A stretch of 64,000 nt of DNA, from the NCBI GenBank assembly GCA_013265495.1, contig MU057930.1, positions 884,057 to 948,056 of the forward strand. The letters are read 5' to 3'. The translations under genes and the position numbers were made by a program. Under the pieces are notes generated by a model. The model was not told where the DNA came from. It did not search any database and was given only the letters and a program-made list of their open reading frames with translations. Of this stretch, positions 10,851 to 25,560 are shown one piece after another (position 1 is the first letter of the stretch; each line of letters starts with the position of its first letter). The DNA comes from Vicugna vicugna (taxonomy: Eukaryota).

Positions 10851-13800
10851 GCCTCTGAATTAGAGACATCTCGTGACACAAAAAATTATTTAATTGACAG
10901 AGGACACAGTACCAGAGGTTTTTCTCTGAATGTGATTCTTCCCATACGCTTTTAAAGGCTACTTTATCCCCGGGAAAGCAGTTTTGAAAGTGGCTGCCTT
11001 CAGCGTACGTTAGACTTGTAACCCTTCACGGCCTGGGTGTCCCGATCCACCATGATGGAAGTGGCTTTGGCAATAACTGCCCTTTTGTAGCTGACGGCAT
11101 CCGTCTGCGAAGGTCCCTGTACTCTGAGTCCCTCCTACTCCAGCCATGGTCACAGGGAAGTTCATAAGACTGTGTGTGCGTGTGCATGTTAGTTCTCTAT
11201 TACTAAAGCAATCTCTCCAAACGTTGACAGCAGCTGAGACGATGGCGTAAAGAAATCGGTGGAAAGAACACGCCTCTAATTTCAATTTGGAGCAAAGGCC
11301 AAGTCACCGCACCCGACCTGGGATGTTGTGGAAACGCAATGGACGAATTACCTTAATTTCTGTTCAGCCCATATGAAAATTAGTAGGACTTAATACATTT
11401 CAGCGAAGTTTAGAGTTTTATGAGCATTGTGCATAATACAATGTAACGGTAGTTCTAAAAAAAAAAAGAAAGAAAAACAGAAGATTTTATTTCTTGCAGA
11501 CTTAATGGCATTTATCCCACCGTGAGATTTATACTGCTGGCGTCTGAAATATCACCTGACCAATGGCGTCTGATGCTGTTTATGAAAATGCGTGTAAAGA
11601 TTTGTTCTATTAGGGGAGTACATTCTGATTCTTAGAAACTGACTCAAGACCTGCCAGCTTCCAATTTCTGTTTGGCTTTCGTTTTGTTGGAAAAGATTTA
11701 ATGTCAATATAAAAGTATTTGGAGAATTTCCCAGGTTTGCTCGCAATGCGATTATCTTAACAGAGAACCCCGAAATACTTCCTTTCATCTCGGCATTTTT
11801 TTTCCAAGGAGGAGAATGTTGGCCAATTACATTTAAATTTTAAAGATGTGAGATTCCTTCCCCCTAGAATTTAGACAGATCCTTTTCAGTGTGCTGTATT
11901 TCAGCAATGGAGTATGCTGATACTAGATTCGAATCACTTTGCTGTCCACCCGAAACTAGCACAACATTGTAAATCAGCTTCAATTAAAACAGAGGCTGTT
12001 TTCAACCAAGGACAAAGGGGCTGATGAAACAGTCCTGTGTAGAGAATTCCATCAATTTTCTCCCCTCATTTGATCAAGTCCAAGGGAAGGCTTTGCTGCC
12101 AATGGCCCTGGAGTGCTTCCTACCAATCAAAAAACCTGAAACACGAAATATTAGCAACAGTAAATTACTCATATTAATAAAAGTAATGCATTCTTATGAA
12201 TTTTCACATTTCTTATAGATAGAATCAATAAATCATTTCTTATTTGTTAATTAAATCATTAATTAATTAATGTTAATCATTCAATAATTATTTCAGTGAT
12301 AATTAATTAATAATTAACAGGCAGACCGTTTGGTATTAATTATCTAGGTTCTAGCCAACCAGAAAAAATAAAAGTGGAATTCTGGTTCTGGGATTTGCTG
12401 TCCATCTTGGTAGAATAAAAGCAGATCCACGAATTACCCAAATGTGCCTCTGTGCTGCAAAACATTTCCTCTTGTATCTTGTAGGATGCCATCCAGCGTG
12501 GCTAAGATACCTGTTTTGTGACCAAAAGCGTTTGTGTACGCATCTGGTCAATCGTTCCCCCAGGGTTTATGTTATTCTTCTTACCAAATCATGAGCTACC
12601 GTGCGTGGATTCAGAAACAAAGCATCTTGTTTTGGTTTGGTTTTTTCCTTCCTAGATGGCTTGTTTTGTTGTAGGTCAGTACTGACTTTCCCAGGGTTTC
12701 TTCTGGAAGACATCACATCCCACATCGCCACACTGTCCCCATCCCTCCTCTTACAAACAGAGCAGAGAAAGCTGGTGTTCAAACAAGCCTTTATCAAGGG
12801 TGATACCCTGATTTGTGGATGGCGTGACTTTAGGCTTGCGATCCGCCGTTGGAATCATCATGATGTGTCTGCAAAGAAAATGTACTGTGGATCTTTTAAG
12901 AGCTGTGTCTTCCTCCAACACTGAAGTTCCCACTAACACGTGTTCCATTTTGGGGCTCGTTTTTTAGGAGACACCCAACCAGGACATGGGAAAGCTTTCA
13001 AATTGTGTTGAAACAGCCTTACAGTTCCTGTGCATGGCTTGTACCACCTCCCAGAGATCGCCGGTGAATCTGAGCGTGTGCTGTAAACATAAGTGGTTCG
13101 GGTTATCTGAATGTAATACCTCATCTTTTACGAGTTTTTCTAGTTTTTTGCCCCAATAATGGACTCTTTTAGAGTCCATTTGCTTATCCTCTAGACATTA
13201 AATAGGCAAAATTAGGAGGAAAATAACAGTGAATTTGAAATGTAACATCAGTGTTCCCCAGATTTTGAGTAAGATTAATGAACAAAATATATATATATAT
13301 TCAAGTTTATATATATATATAAATCTCTGTCTAAACTTTCTTTGGAAATTTCCAAATCAAGTCTATTCATATGTGATTGGGAAAAAACAGATTGTTCATT
13401 TAAAAATTCAATTTTAATTTTTTTGGAAGTTTAATTTTATTGTAAGTTCTGGAATTTGAATTTAATTTAGTTTAATGTTTGAGTTGAGTTCTGGAAGACC
13501 TACAAACACACACAACGTGGAGAGGGAGTCTCTCTTGTCGAGATCAGCGGGCTATAATGGCTCTGAGCCTCAACTTCATGAAGAGGCGTGATTGTGAAAC
13601 GGTTGAAAAGGAGTTGAATGAGATAATCTGGGAATAATATCCTCTCCATTTGAATAAGAACAATAGGTTACGCAGAGAATAAGCGTATTTCTGCTCTAAG
13701 CCTTTCTTGCCCCACAATATAAAATGTCACTGTTTTCCACACAGCATGTCGGCTTGAGTTAAGACAAGGCGGGCTGGAGCGGGGTTAAGTGTTCACGATA

Positions 13801-14369
13801 AACACACGCTCACAATTATGCAAATCCTCTTTTGCGTCTTCTCCGCCTCTGTCTCATTTTTTTGTGCTCTCCTATACAGGCGGCACTAATATTTCTGGAA
13901 CCGGTGAAAAGGGGAAATAAGAATGAATAAAGCCCATTTCAAAGTCACCAGTGAATGAACGCACTCATTAAGGAGGACAATAGTCAGATTAACAAGGCAG
14001 GGACATCCCTGAAAAGGAGATAAGCCACTTGGGAGAGAAAGTATTTCAAGGCTTCCTTCCTCTCCCTGAACCTTACGGATGTTCCAAACCAGAAAGCTAT
14101 GACTCTGGCAAAGGTGGAAGGCATTTCAGTTACAAGAAATGGAAACATTTTGTTTCGACTTAACTGTTCAGTCATTTTCTTCCTGAGTTAATGCACAGAC
14201 TTTTTTTTTTTTTCCTTTGAAAAATTTCAGGGTGAGACAGCCTGCAAGCAAATGTCACAACTTCTGGGTTATGGATTCATGTTCTTTCATAGATTGATTA
14301 ATAGATGTTGTGTGTGCCATTTTCACGGAGGGTCTTTTCCTGTTTCTATTTTGCCTTCGTGCTTCTCGT

Positions 14370-14640
14370 GGTTGCTGGGAACCCGTGATGTCCCTGGCCT
14401 TGCAGCTAAATGACTCCAACCTCCTTCTCCATTGTCACATAATCTCTGTATCTCAGTGTTTCTTCTCCTCTTATAAGGACACCAGTTGTTGCATCTGAGG
14501 ACCACCCTAATCCTCTGTGACCTCCTTTTCCCTTGATTGCATCTGTAAAGACTCTGTTTCCAAATAAGGCCACATTCACAAGGACCTGGGATTACGATAT
14601 ATATACATATACACGTATGGAACACAGTTCAATCTCCAGT
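14370..14640. mobile_element. MLT1 (MaLR) LTR fragment
   Basis: tcttataaggacaccag...ccaccctaatcc...catctgtaaagactctgtttccaaataaggccacattcaca is MLT1-typical. Confidence 0.8.
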
Positions 14641-14959
14641 ACCTTCTATAAGGAACCATCATAATTCAGAACGGAAATGAATGAAAAAGACCACGGAGCC
14701 ACGTCACAGAGTAACTCATGGTCTTGAAGATGTGGGCTGTGTGTCTCCAAAGAAGACCACAGGCGCAAGAAAAGTTAAAGAGGTTATTCTGTTGTGCTTC
14801 TTTGAGCAAAGCACTCGGAATTGCCCTGTGACCCCTTCTGAGTTTGACCAAAGCTGGAATAATTCCCGTGGGTCCCTGACGTTCCGTTGATGAGGAGACA
14901 AAGATTCCAAGATCAGATTCCAAACGTCCACTTGCTGGCTGCCTGATGGTGGGGAAGGT

Positions 14960-15080
14960 TCTCATCCCAGCCATTTTCTTCATCTGTCAAAGTGGTGGTG
15001 CCAGGAGTCCCTAGTTCGAGAGTTTCTTATAAGTATTAAATGAGTTCATGTAGAATGTGGTTGTTAAAGACACTTACTGA
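14960..15080. mobile_element. MIR fragment
   Basis: ttttcttcatctgtcaaagtgg...agtattaaatgagttcatgta core-like motif. Confidence 0.55.
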
Positions 15081-15819
15081 GGTCCTATTCAGGGACCCAA
15101 AGACCCCCGCCCCGATAATGTCACCATGGGTGACAGATCATGGCTTTTCTCCGGCTCTTCTTAGAACTGCGTGCAACTTTCCAGAGGAAAAATTACAGGT
15201 GTCCTGGTAAAGGATGAAATGGAACATGAGGAATTGGTGAGCACCCAGCTTGGGTGACACGTTTCTGCTTTGTAACTGGGTCTCCTGTCATTTTGTTGCC
15301 TTTTCCAGGCTTTTTACAGGTTTTGAACAGGAAGAGCTCGATTTTCACTCTAGAGGCATGTATGGCCGATGCCATGACGGACTCCATCAAGGGGATGAGT
15401 CCCCAGGACGCGTGCTGGGACACGGGGTAGACCAGGTGCCTGTCTTTATGCTCTTCACGTAAAGGATGGCGGCAGAGCTCCCAGGAAAATCTGAGTTTCC
15501 TGCAGGATTAGCCTACGTGTTTCATTTATAGAGAGCAGATCGTGGCATTCGGTTTAGTGCCTCCACTAACATGGGAAGAATTGGTTTAATTTTATGGCCA
15601 TCGTTAAGCCCACCTCTTAATGTTCTAAAGGGGCCGTTCTGCGCTGTCAGCATCTGCCATCCTCTCTTGCACAAGGGATGGATTAAAAGGAGCCAGACGT
15701 CTCCTGTGTGAAGCACTTTCCCAGCCGGTCCTGCGGAGGGTTGTCTATGGCGCCTTTGGTTTCCCCTTCTCCCATGTGGATCATGCTTTGTTGAGGGTCT
15801 AGGTTGGTTGAGATACTTC

Positions 15820-15932
15820 TAGGGTGACCGGCTTGTCCCACACTGGTCAGGACTCTCCCAGTCTTAGCTCTGAAAGTCCTAGAGCCCGGGAACTCCCTCA
15901 GTCCGAGGCAAGCCAGGACAGTTGGTCACTAT
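15820..15932. mobile_element. hAT-Blackjack MITE (MER81/MER94-like)
   Basis: Terminal inverted repeats tagggtgacc ... ggtcactata, ~110 bp. Confidence 0.7.
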
Positions 15933-16049
15933 AAGCAGAGCCACAGTTAAAATCTTGCGACTGGTCTCCATGTATGGTACGCCTCCATCAGGAAGGCTCT
16001 CCCCTCTGGCTTGCAAGGTTGTAAATTAAATATATAGTGTAGTCCTCAC

Positions 16050-16290
16050 CTACCTATCTCCTACCTACTTACCTACTTATTTATCCATTTGTCTATCAGT
16101 CCATCCATCTACCCTCCAAGCACCCGTCATCTTTTTATCCTTCCATCCATCCGTCAGTCATCTATCTATCTATCCACCCATCCATCCTCTGTGTATTAAT
16201 CCACTTATCCCTCCATCAATTATCTCTCTCTCCATCATCTATCTATATATCTACCTACCTATCTCGTTACCTTCCTGGATACCTACCTAA
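16050..16290. repeat. Degenerate (CTAT/CCAT/CCTA)n microsatellite
   Basis: Directly visible. Confidence 0.85.
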
Positions 16291-17921
16291 GTACACATAA
16301 AAAACCTGAATCACAAGAAGAACGAAGCCAGACCCCAGCCCGTGCTGTTACTTTGTTCAGGATCAGACTTGGGGAACTTTTGGTTTTTTTTCCCCTACCT
16401 GTCCTCTGGCAACATCACCTTCTCTCACTCATACTTCCAGGAATGTGCACACCTGGCTTGGGCGTTAATGGCCACAGTGAACCTTGGCCACTCTCTCTGG
16501 CCTGAATCTCCCCCTAGTCGCTGAGTCCTCAAGTCGGCCCATCGGGGTCCCTCTGTGGCAGCCCCCATCGCTCACTCATCAACAGTCTAGAGTTCTGACA
16601 ACAAACACCTTGAAATTTTCATAGACACCTTTTCTGAAATCCATACTGTCTGACAGAGGGTGTGGCATTGGATGTCCTTTTAAGGATTTCAGTGCGTAAT
16701 TTAAATACACCACCAGCTTGGTTTACAAGAGGTAACATAAAGCTTTGAATTGTCACAGCGGACCCTCTTGAATCAGGGATGTGACCCGGTGCTAAACGTT
16801 TGGGTGTAAGTAACCAACCATCTGTCCTCATGCTGCACGGTTCTGGCCCAGGTGGATACTTGAGGTTTCTGACAAAGGTGCACAGTCATTGGAGCATTCT
16901 AGGTGGTGAAACATCTCTTTAAAAAAAAAAGAAAGAAAGAAAAAGAAACATCTCCCTTTTATACTTGGTCACCAGCTTAGGTAACACATTCTAGGGAGCT
17001 AAATTCATAGATATTGGGCTCCCTTACCATAAAGCAATCCTAAACAAATAGACACGTCATGCTGAAACATTCTGTAGACAAGGATTGCCTTGCTGGCACT
17101 TGGTTTGCTTGCCATGAGGTCTGCCGGGAGGATGATTAAAACGAGACTTGATCTCCTGCCTCCTTTCTCTCCCTAATGATCTCCCACCCCCTCACAAATG
17201 AAGAGAATCTCTGGCAGGCCTTCTGCTCCAACCACTGACTTTCCAGTTTACAAGTCTAAGGAAGATTTGCATTTCTGCTAAGATACACAGCCATCACCCT
17301 GGCACATGCTCATTCTCAACGCAATCAGCTCCAAGTCTGCCAGGCTGTTAAAGTATACTTTAACAAATGACCCCCCAAAATGCATTCAGTCCACCTTAAT
17401 GCTACCAAAATATTCATGTGTCATATCTAAGATGGAATTGTGCTATGTTAGTTTTTCAAGTGACTAGAAAAGGACTAAAAATCCTGTTTAAAAGATGAGG
17501 TCTAAACCTGCCATTGAAGGGAAATTGACTTCTTTTGTATGAGAAAAGGTTGAGCAGCCTACTCTAATAAACAATAAATAATAAAACTCCACCCCCAGCC
17601 ATTTTCATTCTTGATTATAAATGAAACTGATGTGTGATTTGTCAGCGAAAAAGATTATTAATGGGATCTATACACTCTTATTTTTCAAGCAGTCGTGAAA
17701 GGCATGTTTTTCCATGTACTTTTTCTACGCTTTCATGACTTCTGCTACTGAACTGTGGGATGTTTTATGGATTGCTTGATGCCTGCAATTGGTGGATGTT
17801 CAAAGGACAAAGCAGGAGATTAATCTCCTCAGCATTTGCGTGAACACCTTTGTATTCATTGAAAGCGGATCTGTGAAATGTATGCAAAACAGGGAACTGA
17901 ATGCATATGCGTGTTTGCCAC

Positions 17922-18278
17922 TGGATTAGTCAGGGTTCTCCAGAGAAACAGAACAGGTAGGATGTGTATACCTAGAGAGAAAGAGATTTACTATAAGGAA
18001 TTATGGAGACTGATGAGTCAAAAATTTGTGGGGATGGGCAGGCAGGCTAGACATCTAGGAAGAGCTGACGGTGCAGATGAAGTCTGAAGGCAGTCTACTG
18101 GAGAATTGCCTCTTGTTCAGAGATGTTGGTTGTTTGGGTCTATTCAGACCTTCAACTGATTGGGTGAGGCTCACCTGCATTGTGGAGGGCAATCTGTTTT
18201 ACCCAAAGGTCATCAGTTTAAATGTTAATCTCATCCCAAAACACCGTCCATGTTGACATATAAAATTCACTGTCACAC
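17922..18278. mobile_element. MLT2 (ERVL) LTR
   Basis: attagtcagggttctccagagaaacagaac...gagatttactataaggaatt...gttgacatataaaattcactgtcaca. Confidence 0.85.
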
Positions 18279-19921
18279 CACTCATTGTTTCCTCATATTT
18301 TTTTTCCAGTAATATTCATCCTCCATTATTGGATGGTGGAGAGTGAGGTGGTGACCTGTAGCCCATTCTTGACCATTGTGGACAGACACAAAGAAGCCAG
18401 TTTGGGCCAAAAGGAGACTTCAAGTTCTAGAGCCCATTGAAGAGAGTGTATTTTATATTTTATATTTTATGCGAAAGACAAAATGAGAAAGCAAGAGAAT
18501 AGGGGTTCTCTGCTTAGTATGTGCAAGTTACGAACACCTCTTCTGCCTTCTCAGTTAATTACGTGGTTAGCTTTCATTATACGCTTATACACACAAACGC
18601 ATACATGAGAGAACAGTATGAATGGTATAAACAGTTTAACAGTACAACAGTATAAACAGTATAAAACTTTAATGTTGTTACTAACATTCTATAGGCTTTA
18701 GGAATGTGTCCATTTTTGATAACAAGATATATATGTAAAAATAGACTGTGCATAAAAATATTTTTAAATATCCGTTTCAAAAATAGAAAATATGCATTCT
18801 GTATTCTATGGACTTTGCATGTCAGCATTCTCTCCGGGACAGCTTTTATCTTTTGGAATGAATTGTATTTGTTCCATTCCATAAAGAAAGCTATTAAACA
18901 TCATTTTTAGGCTTTTTATTTCAATGCGTCCCACTTTTTTCCAGGTGCTGTTGGCACAGTGGCTTCCAGTGGCGAGCTCATGAGGTTGTAGTAGACCTGG
19001 ATAGGTAAACAGGTTACTACCGTGAGGTGCAAGACTCCCAAAATTTGGGGTGGGGGGAAGCAGTGATGGACTCTTGTGCAATCTGATTGTGTTTGAGTTG
19101 GTTTTGGTCTATAGTCACATGCACACTATCACCAACAAAGCTCGTTGGACTCATCTGTAAGGCATGGGGAATATTTCTAACCTCTACACCTCATTTCCCA
19201 TCTCCTTATAACCTGTTGCAGGGTTTGGAGAAGTAGGTGTGTACCTTGCAGACCAAATCTGGCATTTTGACTATTTTTAACACATACAGTGTTATTGCAA
19301 TGCAGGCATGTTCGTTCTCTTTAAGTATTGCCTAGGCTGTCTTTGAGCTCACACCTAAATCTGTTGGTTTTCTGTTGTCTTGTGTCTACCATTGCTTTGT
19401 TAACTGTCCCCCAACTCCAGTTCTCCTGGGTACCCTTACCTCGATTCGATAACATGTTCCATCTTGAGATTCACTGCTCACCTTCACCTGTCACCACCAC
19501 CCCCTTACTCCCCGCTCTATGTTTTCTGGAAAGACTCTTCACTAGAAAAAAATAGATACTCTGACTGTTTGATATTTTATGCCACAGAATAGATTAAATG
19601 ATACTGCAGTAATTTAAAAAACTCATTCTCATGCTAGCAAAGATTTATTTCTCGCTCTCCTGAGGTCTTGACAACACTTCAGAACTATTTTCTGGGCAGA
19701 TGGAAACATTCCTATTTTGTACCTCTACAGTCAGTCTGGAAGAGTTGGCCCCCTCAGTGTATGCAAAAGGGGGAAAGGACACTGGATGATGCCACCTAAG
19801 CTTGGTCTCCCATATTTCACGAATGAGAGAGAATTCCACGATCCAACCCAGAACCAGGAGTCTGAGACACGTGGTCTTCAGGTGTGTAGAGCAGTTGAGA
19901 ATCAATTATTGGTGATTAGTG

Positions 19922-20446
19922 TTCCATTGTATATATGAACCGCATCTTTTTTATCCAGCCATCTGTTGATGGACATTCAGGTGCTTCCATGTCTTGGCTA
20001 ATGTAAATAGTGCTGCTATGAACATTGGGGTGCAGGTGTCTTTTTGAGGTTTATTTTTCTCCAGATATATGCCCAGGAATGGGATTGCTGGATCACATGG
20101 TTGAGTCAATTTTTCAGTAACTACTCAGCCATAAAAAAAGAATAAAATAATGCCATTTGCAGCAATATGAATGGACATGAAGATTGTCATTCTAAGTGAA
20201 ATATGCCAGAAAGAGAAAGAAAAATACCATATATCACTCATATGTGGAATCTTAAAAAAGAATAAAAGGCCAATATGAAATCATCTACAAAACAGAAACA
20301 GACTTGCAGACATAGTAAACAATCTTATGGTTACCAGGAAAAGGGGGTGGGAAGGGATACATTTGGGAACTACGTATTATTTATAACTGAGATGATTGAT
20401 TTCTTGAATATGTGTAAGTACATTTGACTGTCAAAAAAAAAAAAAG
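19922..20446 (+). mobile_element. 5'-inverted (twin-primed) truncated L1
   Basis: Antisense L1 at 19922-~20118 abuts sense L1 at ~20119-20370; poly(A) at ~20433-20445; TSD GATTAGTG at 19914-19921 and 20447-20454. Confidence 0.8.
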
Positions 20447-22647
20447 GATTAGTGATTGTAAGTAAGTCTGACATTAGATCATTGAGGCCATGTTACCGAT
20501 CAGGAATTGAAGATCAGATTCAGTCGTGAACTTTGGGCAAAACTCACCAACGTTGAGAATGACAAAACATGAAAAAAAAAAAAGTTTCTCCTGACTTCTC
20601 ACACAGCAGGGGGACAAACAATGCTTTCCAGGACAGGATGTCACAGCTGGGCTCCAGGTGTGATTTGAGGACCAGCATCACGTTGCCTTTATGTTTTCTT
20701 TGACCGTAGGTGCTCTCACTTTTAAGTCTTCAGGACTGGCTTCCTCTGTGGTCCCTACATTTCCTGGTCATTTCCTCCTGACCAGATTCACGTACCAGCT
20801 TTCCTTCCTGACCCAGCAGTGGCATCTGAGTTTTTGGCTTTGACTGATCACCTCTATAAAGCATAATCACCAAAGACGCAATAGTCCAACGCATGTCCAT
20901 TTTGGTGGAACGTTAGCTCAGCATGTGAGGTTGACAACAAAGACCTCCACAATAAACTTTGTTTAATCTCTTGGCAATGAGGCGGAAAAAAATACAGCAA
21001 AAACTGATGACCTGTTTTGTTTCTTTAGACCTTCAGCCTGGAAATATTAGCCCAGCCATGGTTCACAAGCTTTGGACAAATCAGTTGGAAACTTTTTTCC
21101 ATTTAAACCACCAGGGTTCTCTTGGCTTGGTCTGCTGATCTTAGTAAACTGACATTACCCTCTTCAGTAAATAATGTCGGAGGCTTCTGAGTGTTTTATT
21201 CTGATGACCTCTTCCCTTTGAGGAGCAGACTGGGTGCCAAGGAATGTCTGCTTCATGCTGGAACTCCCTGCCTCTGGATTGAGTTTTCAGCTCTGGATGT
21301 ATTTGGGTTTTAATTGTGTTCAGCCCTTAATAGCAACCAAGAAAGCCCAGTGATATTATGATTCATCTACCATTGCTCTGGAGAGAGGGGGTGCTCCAAA
21401 ACTCAAGTTCAGTTAGCAAAAAAATCGTCAGCGTCATTAAATAAAATAATCACTAACTGTGGATTGCATTCTCCTCATGGGCTCTGGGATACTTTCTAAC
21501 CCTGGATGGAGTAAGTATTTCAAACCTGAGCTCTTGATATTCAAAATGTTGCATTTCCAGAAATGTCACCAAATCACGGAAAGGGTAGGAAAGTGGGGGT
21601 GCACATTGACTGGAAAACAGCCTGGCATCCCAGACTTCTCTTTCCAACATTTAGCAAATGGTTTCAAATTCTTCTTATCCCGTGGGCTCGCTTACTGCTT
21701 CACTCCTTAGCCTAACAATTAGCAAGACCTAGACATGCTGGAGAAAAACACTCCACCTATCGAATAATCTAACTCTAAATCATGACAACCTTCCTAGTAA
21801 CAGGCAGTTACTTCCCCAAAGCTCTGCTCTGTTCCCCCAGCTAATTCATTCTTCCAAGACGACTTTCTAGTTTCTCCTTTTTGATCCAAAACCTCCAACA
21901 TCTGCCTGTGCTCTTCACACTCAGCCAGTGACCTTGCTGTTCATTCTTCTGAAAAAAAAAAAAAAGAAACGTTTTCATGTCCGTATTATCATATCCATAT
22001 AGAGCCAGCTTGAGGAAAGTGGTACTATGTGAGCTCAGTAATGTTTTACTCAGTCCTTGCTTGTCTCTGTCACCATGATGACGACCCTTGATCAAACTCT
22101 GAGAATAAAACTAACAGGATGTTCACATAGTTACTGGGTCATACTGTCCCTTCTTGACACCCAAGGCAGTGGGTTAAGATGAACCAGATCACAAGGTTCT
22201 GTGTTGTAACCATGAAGATTCACGATGTTTGGGTTCAGCACCATGGCCAGGTCCCAACAGCATGGACCCATGTCAGCAGCCTCCTTTCGGAACTCTAGAC
22301 CCCAGGACTCAAGGTTGGACGCTCTTATCACATATCTCCATTGTTCAGGGCCGGAGAGAAAAGTGTGTCCCGTGTGACCCTCAAAGAGAAAAAAACGGAG
22401 GACCTCCGAGACTGTGTGTGACTACGCCAGCCTTTGTCAATGGATGTCTTTTACCCACTGTTCTTCACTAAAGTCACCTCCTCCACTTGGACACTAGGTT
22501 TTATGTTCTGTCACCTACCCAGTGATGGTGCTGCATTGATATACGCGTTCCTACTTCTCAACTGATGATCTTTATCCTCAACAGGATCATTCCATCAACA
22601 TAGGATGTATTGCAATAATATGTGCCACTTAAAAACACATCAAGACC

Positions 22648-23640
22648 TGTGACCGACAAATGGTTAATTTCCAAAATATAAAAAAAAAGCTTATACAGCT
22701 TAATATTAAAAAAAAACCAATCAAAACATGGACAGGAAACCTAAATAGACATTTCTCCAAAGACATACAGATGGCGAACAGTCACATGATAAGATGCTCA
22801 CTATTGCTAATTAGCAGAGAAATGCAAATCAAAATGCAATGTGGTACCGCAGTCAGAATGGCCATCCTTAAAATGTCTTCACAGATAAAAAATGTTGGAG
22901 AAGGCATGGAGAAAAGGGAACCGTCCTACATTGATGGTGGGAATATAATTTGGTGCAGCCACTATGGAAAATAGTATGGAGATTCCTTTAAAAACTAAAA
23001 ATAGACTTACCGTATGATCCAGTAATTCCACTCCTGGGGGCATATTCAGAGGAAACTCGAATTTGAAAAGACACCTGCACCCCAGTGTTCATAGCAGCAC
23101 TATTTACAATAGCCAAGACATGGAAACAGACTAAATGTCTATCCAGAGATGAGTGGATAAAGAAGTTGTGGTATATTTATACAATGGAATACTACACAGC
23201 CATAAAAAGAATGAAATAATGCCATTTGCAGCAACATGGATGGACCTAGAGATTATTATACTAAGTGAAGTAAGTTAGAGAAAGACAAATATCATATGAT
23301 ATTTGTTTATATATGGAATCTTAAAAAAATGACACGAACTTATTTATAAACAGAAATAGAGTGACAGACATGGGAAACAAACTTATGATTACCAAAAGAG
23401 AAAGGTGGGGAGGGATTAAATTAGGCATTTGGGATTAGCAGATACATAGTATTATATATGAAATAGATAAACAACAAGGTCCTACTGTACAGCACAGGGA
23501 ATTACATTTGATATGATGTAATAAGTTTTAATGGAAAAGAATCTGAAAAAGAATGTACACATCTGAATCAGTTAGCTGTACACCTGAAACTAACACAAAT
23601 TGTAAATCAATTATACTTCAATTTTTAAAAATTAAGAAGT
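22648..23640 (+). mobile_element. L1, 3' ~1 kb (ORF2 C-terminus plus 3'UTR)
   Basis: ORF 22660-22974 ([31 protein letters not shown]...[12 protein letters not shown]) is L1 ORF2; full 3'UTR follows. Confidence 0.95.
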
Positions 23641-23679
23641 AAGAAGAAGAGTACTTTATAGGCTTTTGTGATGCAAAAG

Positions 23680-24060
23680 TCAAAATGGGAGGTTTCAGGC
23701 ACAGTGTTATCCAGGACTTAGACCATGCCGCTTCTCTTTCCCTTGCTCATCTCTTTGGTAGAATGTCTCTTTATGTCAGCCCAAGACACCTTCCCCGACT
23801 TAGCAACCTGAGAAGAAAGGCAATCTCTCAAGAAGGACTTGGGCAGAAAATTAATGGTGAGGGGTTAGATTTTGGGGGCTTGGGTCACTGGTCCAAACTT
23901 TAAGAAACCACTTTTGGGGCTAGAATGGCTGCCATATTGTGGCCAAGGTAAGAGCATGTGCTCCTCCTGGTGGCCCGGAAGGGAGGTGCAAGCTTTGTTT
24001 CATCCAAATCAATTTACCAGAAGGAAGAGATGCAGAGGGAAACAGCTGTAAGACATCCTT
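23680..24060. mobile_element. Old MLT1 (MaLR) LTR remnant
   Basis: ggtttcaggcacagtgttatccagg...ttgggggcttgggtcactggtcc resembles older MLT1 subfamilies. Confidence 0.45.
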
Positions 24061-25214
24061 TAGAAAGTACTGCATCTCTTATTTTCATTACGAGAGCCCC
24101 CTTTCATATACTCTAAATATTTTTAGGAGTCATCCAATGAGCATCAGGTTTGTAATTTCTGTTCTGACTTCTCAACAGTCTTCCTCAGTTGGGGGGAGGG
24201 GGTGGAAATGTAATTTTCAGAGTGTTCTGTATTTTGGTGGATTTGGGAGTTTTCATTCCACCACATCGTAGTATATTTGCTTGTGACTTTTATAAAGTTA
24301 AGACCCGCAGTTAAACTACCGCTTATGAGAAGCACCCCATCATCCTAGCTGGCGTTTTACCTTTCTGAAAACCGTTGAGTGTTTTCAGCGGAAGGTGGGC
24401 ATTTAACATTAAAATTTGATGTATGCATTTATGCATTTACTGCAGCATAAAATATGAGCTGAGTGGGTTGGAACACCGAGCCCCTGAGTCCTAGAGGAAT
24501 TGAAAAAATGCTAATAGTATGGCAGCCTGAATGCACCACATTTTCATATAAGTCTTAAAAGGCTAAGTGTTTACATGTATAACGTCTCCAGAATGCATCT
24601 CCCCCAATGCAAAATGATCATTTGTCTGCTCTGACTGTAGAAAAACCCTTTCCCTGTTTATCACTTGCTCCTCTCGACCTTCTGGAAAGTACCCAGACTC
24701 AAATAAACAGCTTCAGAAAACAAATTTTGCCTGCGGGTTTTTAAATAAAGGTTTTGCGTTGTAATATTTCTTAGAGATTTTTTAAAAGTCAGTGACATTG
24801 AAATAATCTTATTTTTGTTTCTTTGAGGTTGAGGTTATTAGCTCTTCTCTGTTCCTCATGGCTGGTCTTTGGGTTATTATATTAATGGGAAAAAGGTTAT
24901 TTTTTTTTCTAAGTTTGATGTGTTGGAAGGCAAAAACAAACAAACAAACAAACAAAAAACCAAAAAAACAAAAACTCCACCACTGAATCTAACACAAATT
25001 CTTCATATCTTATGGTTAATCATGATTTAGGTGTTTGTATATTTAGCTTTCTGAAAAGCTGCATTGTTGCTTACTTGGGTTGTGAGCGATTGGATTCTCC
25101 CTGTTGCAAATGTAAAGGGTAAATCAGGAAGATTTGGAAAAGCTACGTTGACATAAATTAGGATTTGTGATTGGACACAAAAGCGGGACACACAGAAAAG
25201 AGGATGCAAATCAC

Positions 25215-25560
25215 AAACGAATAAAAGGGCAATTATGAAAACAAATGAATGAATATAACAGAGCAGAAGCAGACTCGCAGGTACAGAGAACAAAGTCATG
25301 GTGACCAGTTCAGAGAGGGACGGGGGAGGTGGAATTTAGGGGAAAGGGATTAAGAGGAACAAACTACTATGTATAAAATAAAATAAATAAGCTACAAGGA
25401 TACATTGTACAGCACAGGGAATACACAGTATTTTATGATAAATATAAATGGAGTATAACCTTTAAAAATTGTGAATCACTAGGTTGTACACCTGTGAGTT
25501 TTGTAACATTGTGCAGCCACCGTACCTCAACAGAAACATACAGATAAATAATAAATAATT
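25215..25560 (+). mobile_element. L1 3'UTR fragment
   Basis: acagagaacaaagtcatggtgaccag...gctacaaggatacattgtacagcacagggaata... Confidence 0.85.
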
